Shown one piece after another: positions 62,701-64,000 of a stretch of DNA of 64,000 nt (position 1 is the first letter of the stretch; every line of letters starts with the position of its first letter). The notes beneath the pieces were generated by a model. It saw only the letters and a list, made by a program, of their open reading frames with translations, made no database searches and was not told the origin of the DNA. A program made the translations under genes and the position numbers. The DNA lies in NCBI GenBank assembly GCA_048593225.1, contig CM109174.1, forward strand, positions 125,747,754 through 125,811,753, read 5' to 3'. The DNA comes from Sarcophilus harrisii. Lineage: Eukaryota.

Positions 62701-64000
62701 GGGGTCATGAAGATTAATCGACTAAACAATAAATCTGAATGGTAGTCCAAATTTCCCCTCACTCAATCAGGTAAGCTAGGTTAAAACATGAAATGATCAG
62801 AAAGTTCTTTAAAGACATGTGGGACTCCCCTCAAAAGAATTAATCATTTAGGGTAAATTATTCCATTTCTAGGTCATTAGGCAAATTTTATCCTGTGGTA
62901 GTTTATATGCACCTCAAGACAAATTGTTCAGTTTCATGTCAAGTATTATTATTATTTTAAGAACTAATTTGAATAAGTTATTTGGTCTGTTATAAATACC
63001 CAAATTAACTCTAAAGGACATATAAAGAAAGTTGCTATTTGAATCCAGAGAAAGAACGGATAGATGTATAATTTTACATTTACATACCTATCTGCATCTA
63101 AAGATAACCAGGGGTGAGAGGGAAGGGAAAAATTTACATGATAATTTTGTTAAATATTTTAAAGGTCTAGCACAGTAGATTTACAGTTTCATATACAATA
63201 ATCTTTTTAGTTATATTGTTATGGAAATGCTTGTTTTATTCCATAAATTAAAAAAGTCTATATTTGCTTAAAACAAAAAAAACCCAAAATGGATGTGTTC
63301 CCACAATATGCTTCAGATAAAAGTGCTAGGCAACAGTATTCTAGAGACACCATACTGATGCTGTTCCTAACATCTTTCATACTTATCTTGGAAAAACTTC
63401 CCAATAAATCTTTATTCATTTAAACAAATTTAAAGCTATTTAAAAGTGGAATCAGGCCGAGAAGCAAGGGTTTCACCAAATTGGGAGCTGGATGACCACT
63501 TGTTTGGTATATTGTAAGAGGGATTCTTTTTCTGATGTGATTTAGATTATAGATGATTGCCGAGTTCCTTTCCAAGTCTGAAATTCTAAAATTCAGGGCC
63601 TCCTTAATCTCCTGAGACCAAGAACCTAACTGGTGGGCAGCATGAGTTGGCAGCGTGATGCAGCAGCTAGTCCAGTGTGAGTACAGCAGGAGAAAATCAC
63701 CAAGTACTGCACCCCGCCCTTGTCAGACCTAATGGAACATTATGCTTATTTCTGGGCACCATAACTTAAAGTTGATAAGCTGGGCAAGGCTTGGGGAGAG
63801 CAGTCGGGATGGTTAAGGGCCTTGAGTTCGTGGCATTTGAGAACTAGGTGAAGGACTTAGACAAGTTTAGCCTGTAAAAGACAAGGTTCAGGATATACAT
63901 GATATCTGTGCTCAGGTATCTGAAGGGCTGTTGGGTGGAGGAGGGATTAGGCTTATTTTTGGGGGGAGCCAGTAGTGGGTGGGAATTACAAATGGACCAA

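Overview
This is vertebrate (almost certainly marsupial, opossum-like) nuclear DNA, not a prokaryotic locus; it contains no operons, CRISPR arrays or defence islands. The taxon call rests on the many copies of a tRNA-derived SINE with a MIR-like core (head 'gggcagctaggtggtgcagtggatagagcac...') and L1 LINEs that carry the ORF2 'FADD' reverse-transcriptase motif. The window holds three protein-coding genes in the order that flanks human 16p11.2, with the whole block inverted relative to the human reference orientation. (1) KIF22 (kinesin-like DNA-binding protein, Kid) lies on the minus strand. Exon 1 and its start codon sit in a CpG island at about 9.4-10.7 kb, followed by a 5.4-kb intron 1 and then exons 2-11 between 4414 and 452. 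The gene continues past the window start. (2) ZG16 (zymogen granule protein 16, a jacalin-type lectin) lies on the minus strand as three coding exons (29370-29322, 29129-28997, 26645-26330), with an AATAAA signal about 100 nt downstream. (3) C16orf54 (a single-pass transmembrane protein) lies on the plus strand as an uninterrupted 224-codon CDS at 48149-48823. A strong 3' splice acceptor sits directly before the ATG, and an AATAAA lies at 49298. Roughly half of the remaining sequence is interspersed repeat. This includes several 5'-truncated L1s, one of which (43.06-45.5 kb) has long residual ORF2 reading frames, and another (20323-20794) has a clean 15-bp TSD. There are also many SINE/MIR copies, a putative solo LTR inserted into a SINE with a 4-bp TSD, and several microsatellites. 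The most unusual structure is a perfect 194-bp inverted repeat (47972-48165 versus 51127-51320). It duplicates the C16orf54 exon-2 acceptor, the ATG and the first codons in reverse orientation 3 kb downstream, so the whole CDS is bracketed. About 1 kb of polypurine/polypyrimidine sequence lies immediately upstream of C16orf54. Exon coordinates were derived by hand-translating the sequence and aligning it to remembered human protein sequences. Splice junctions should be treated as ±1-3 nt. The supplied ORF track calls non-ATG starts 'M' (for example, the 'M' at 9923 is a GTG).
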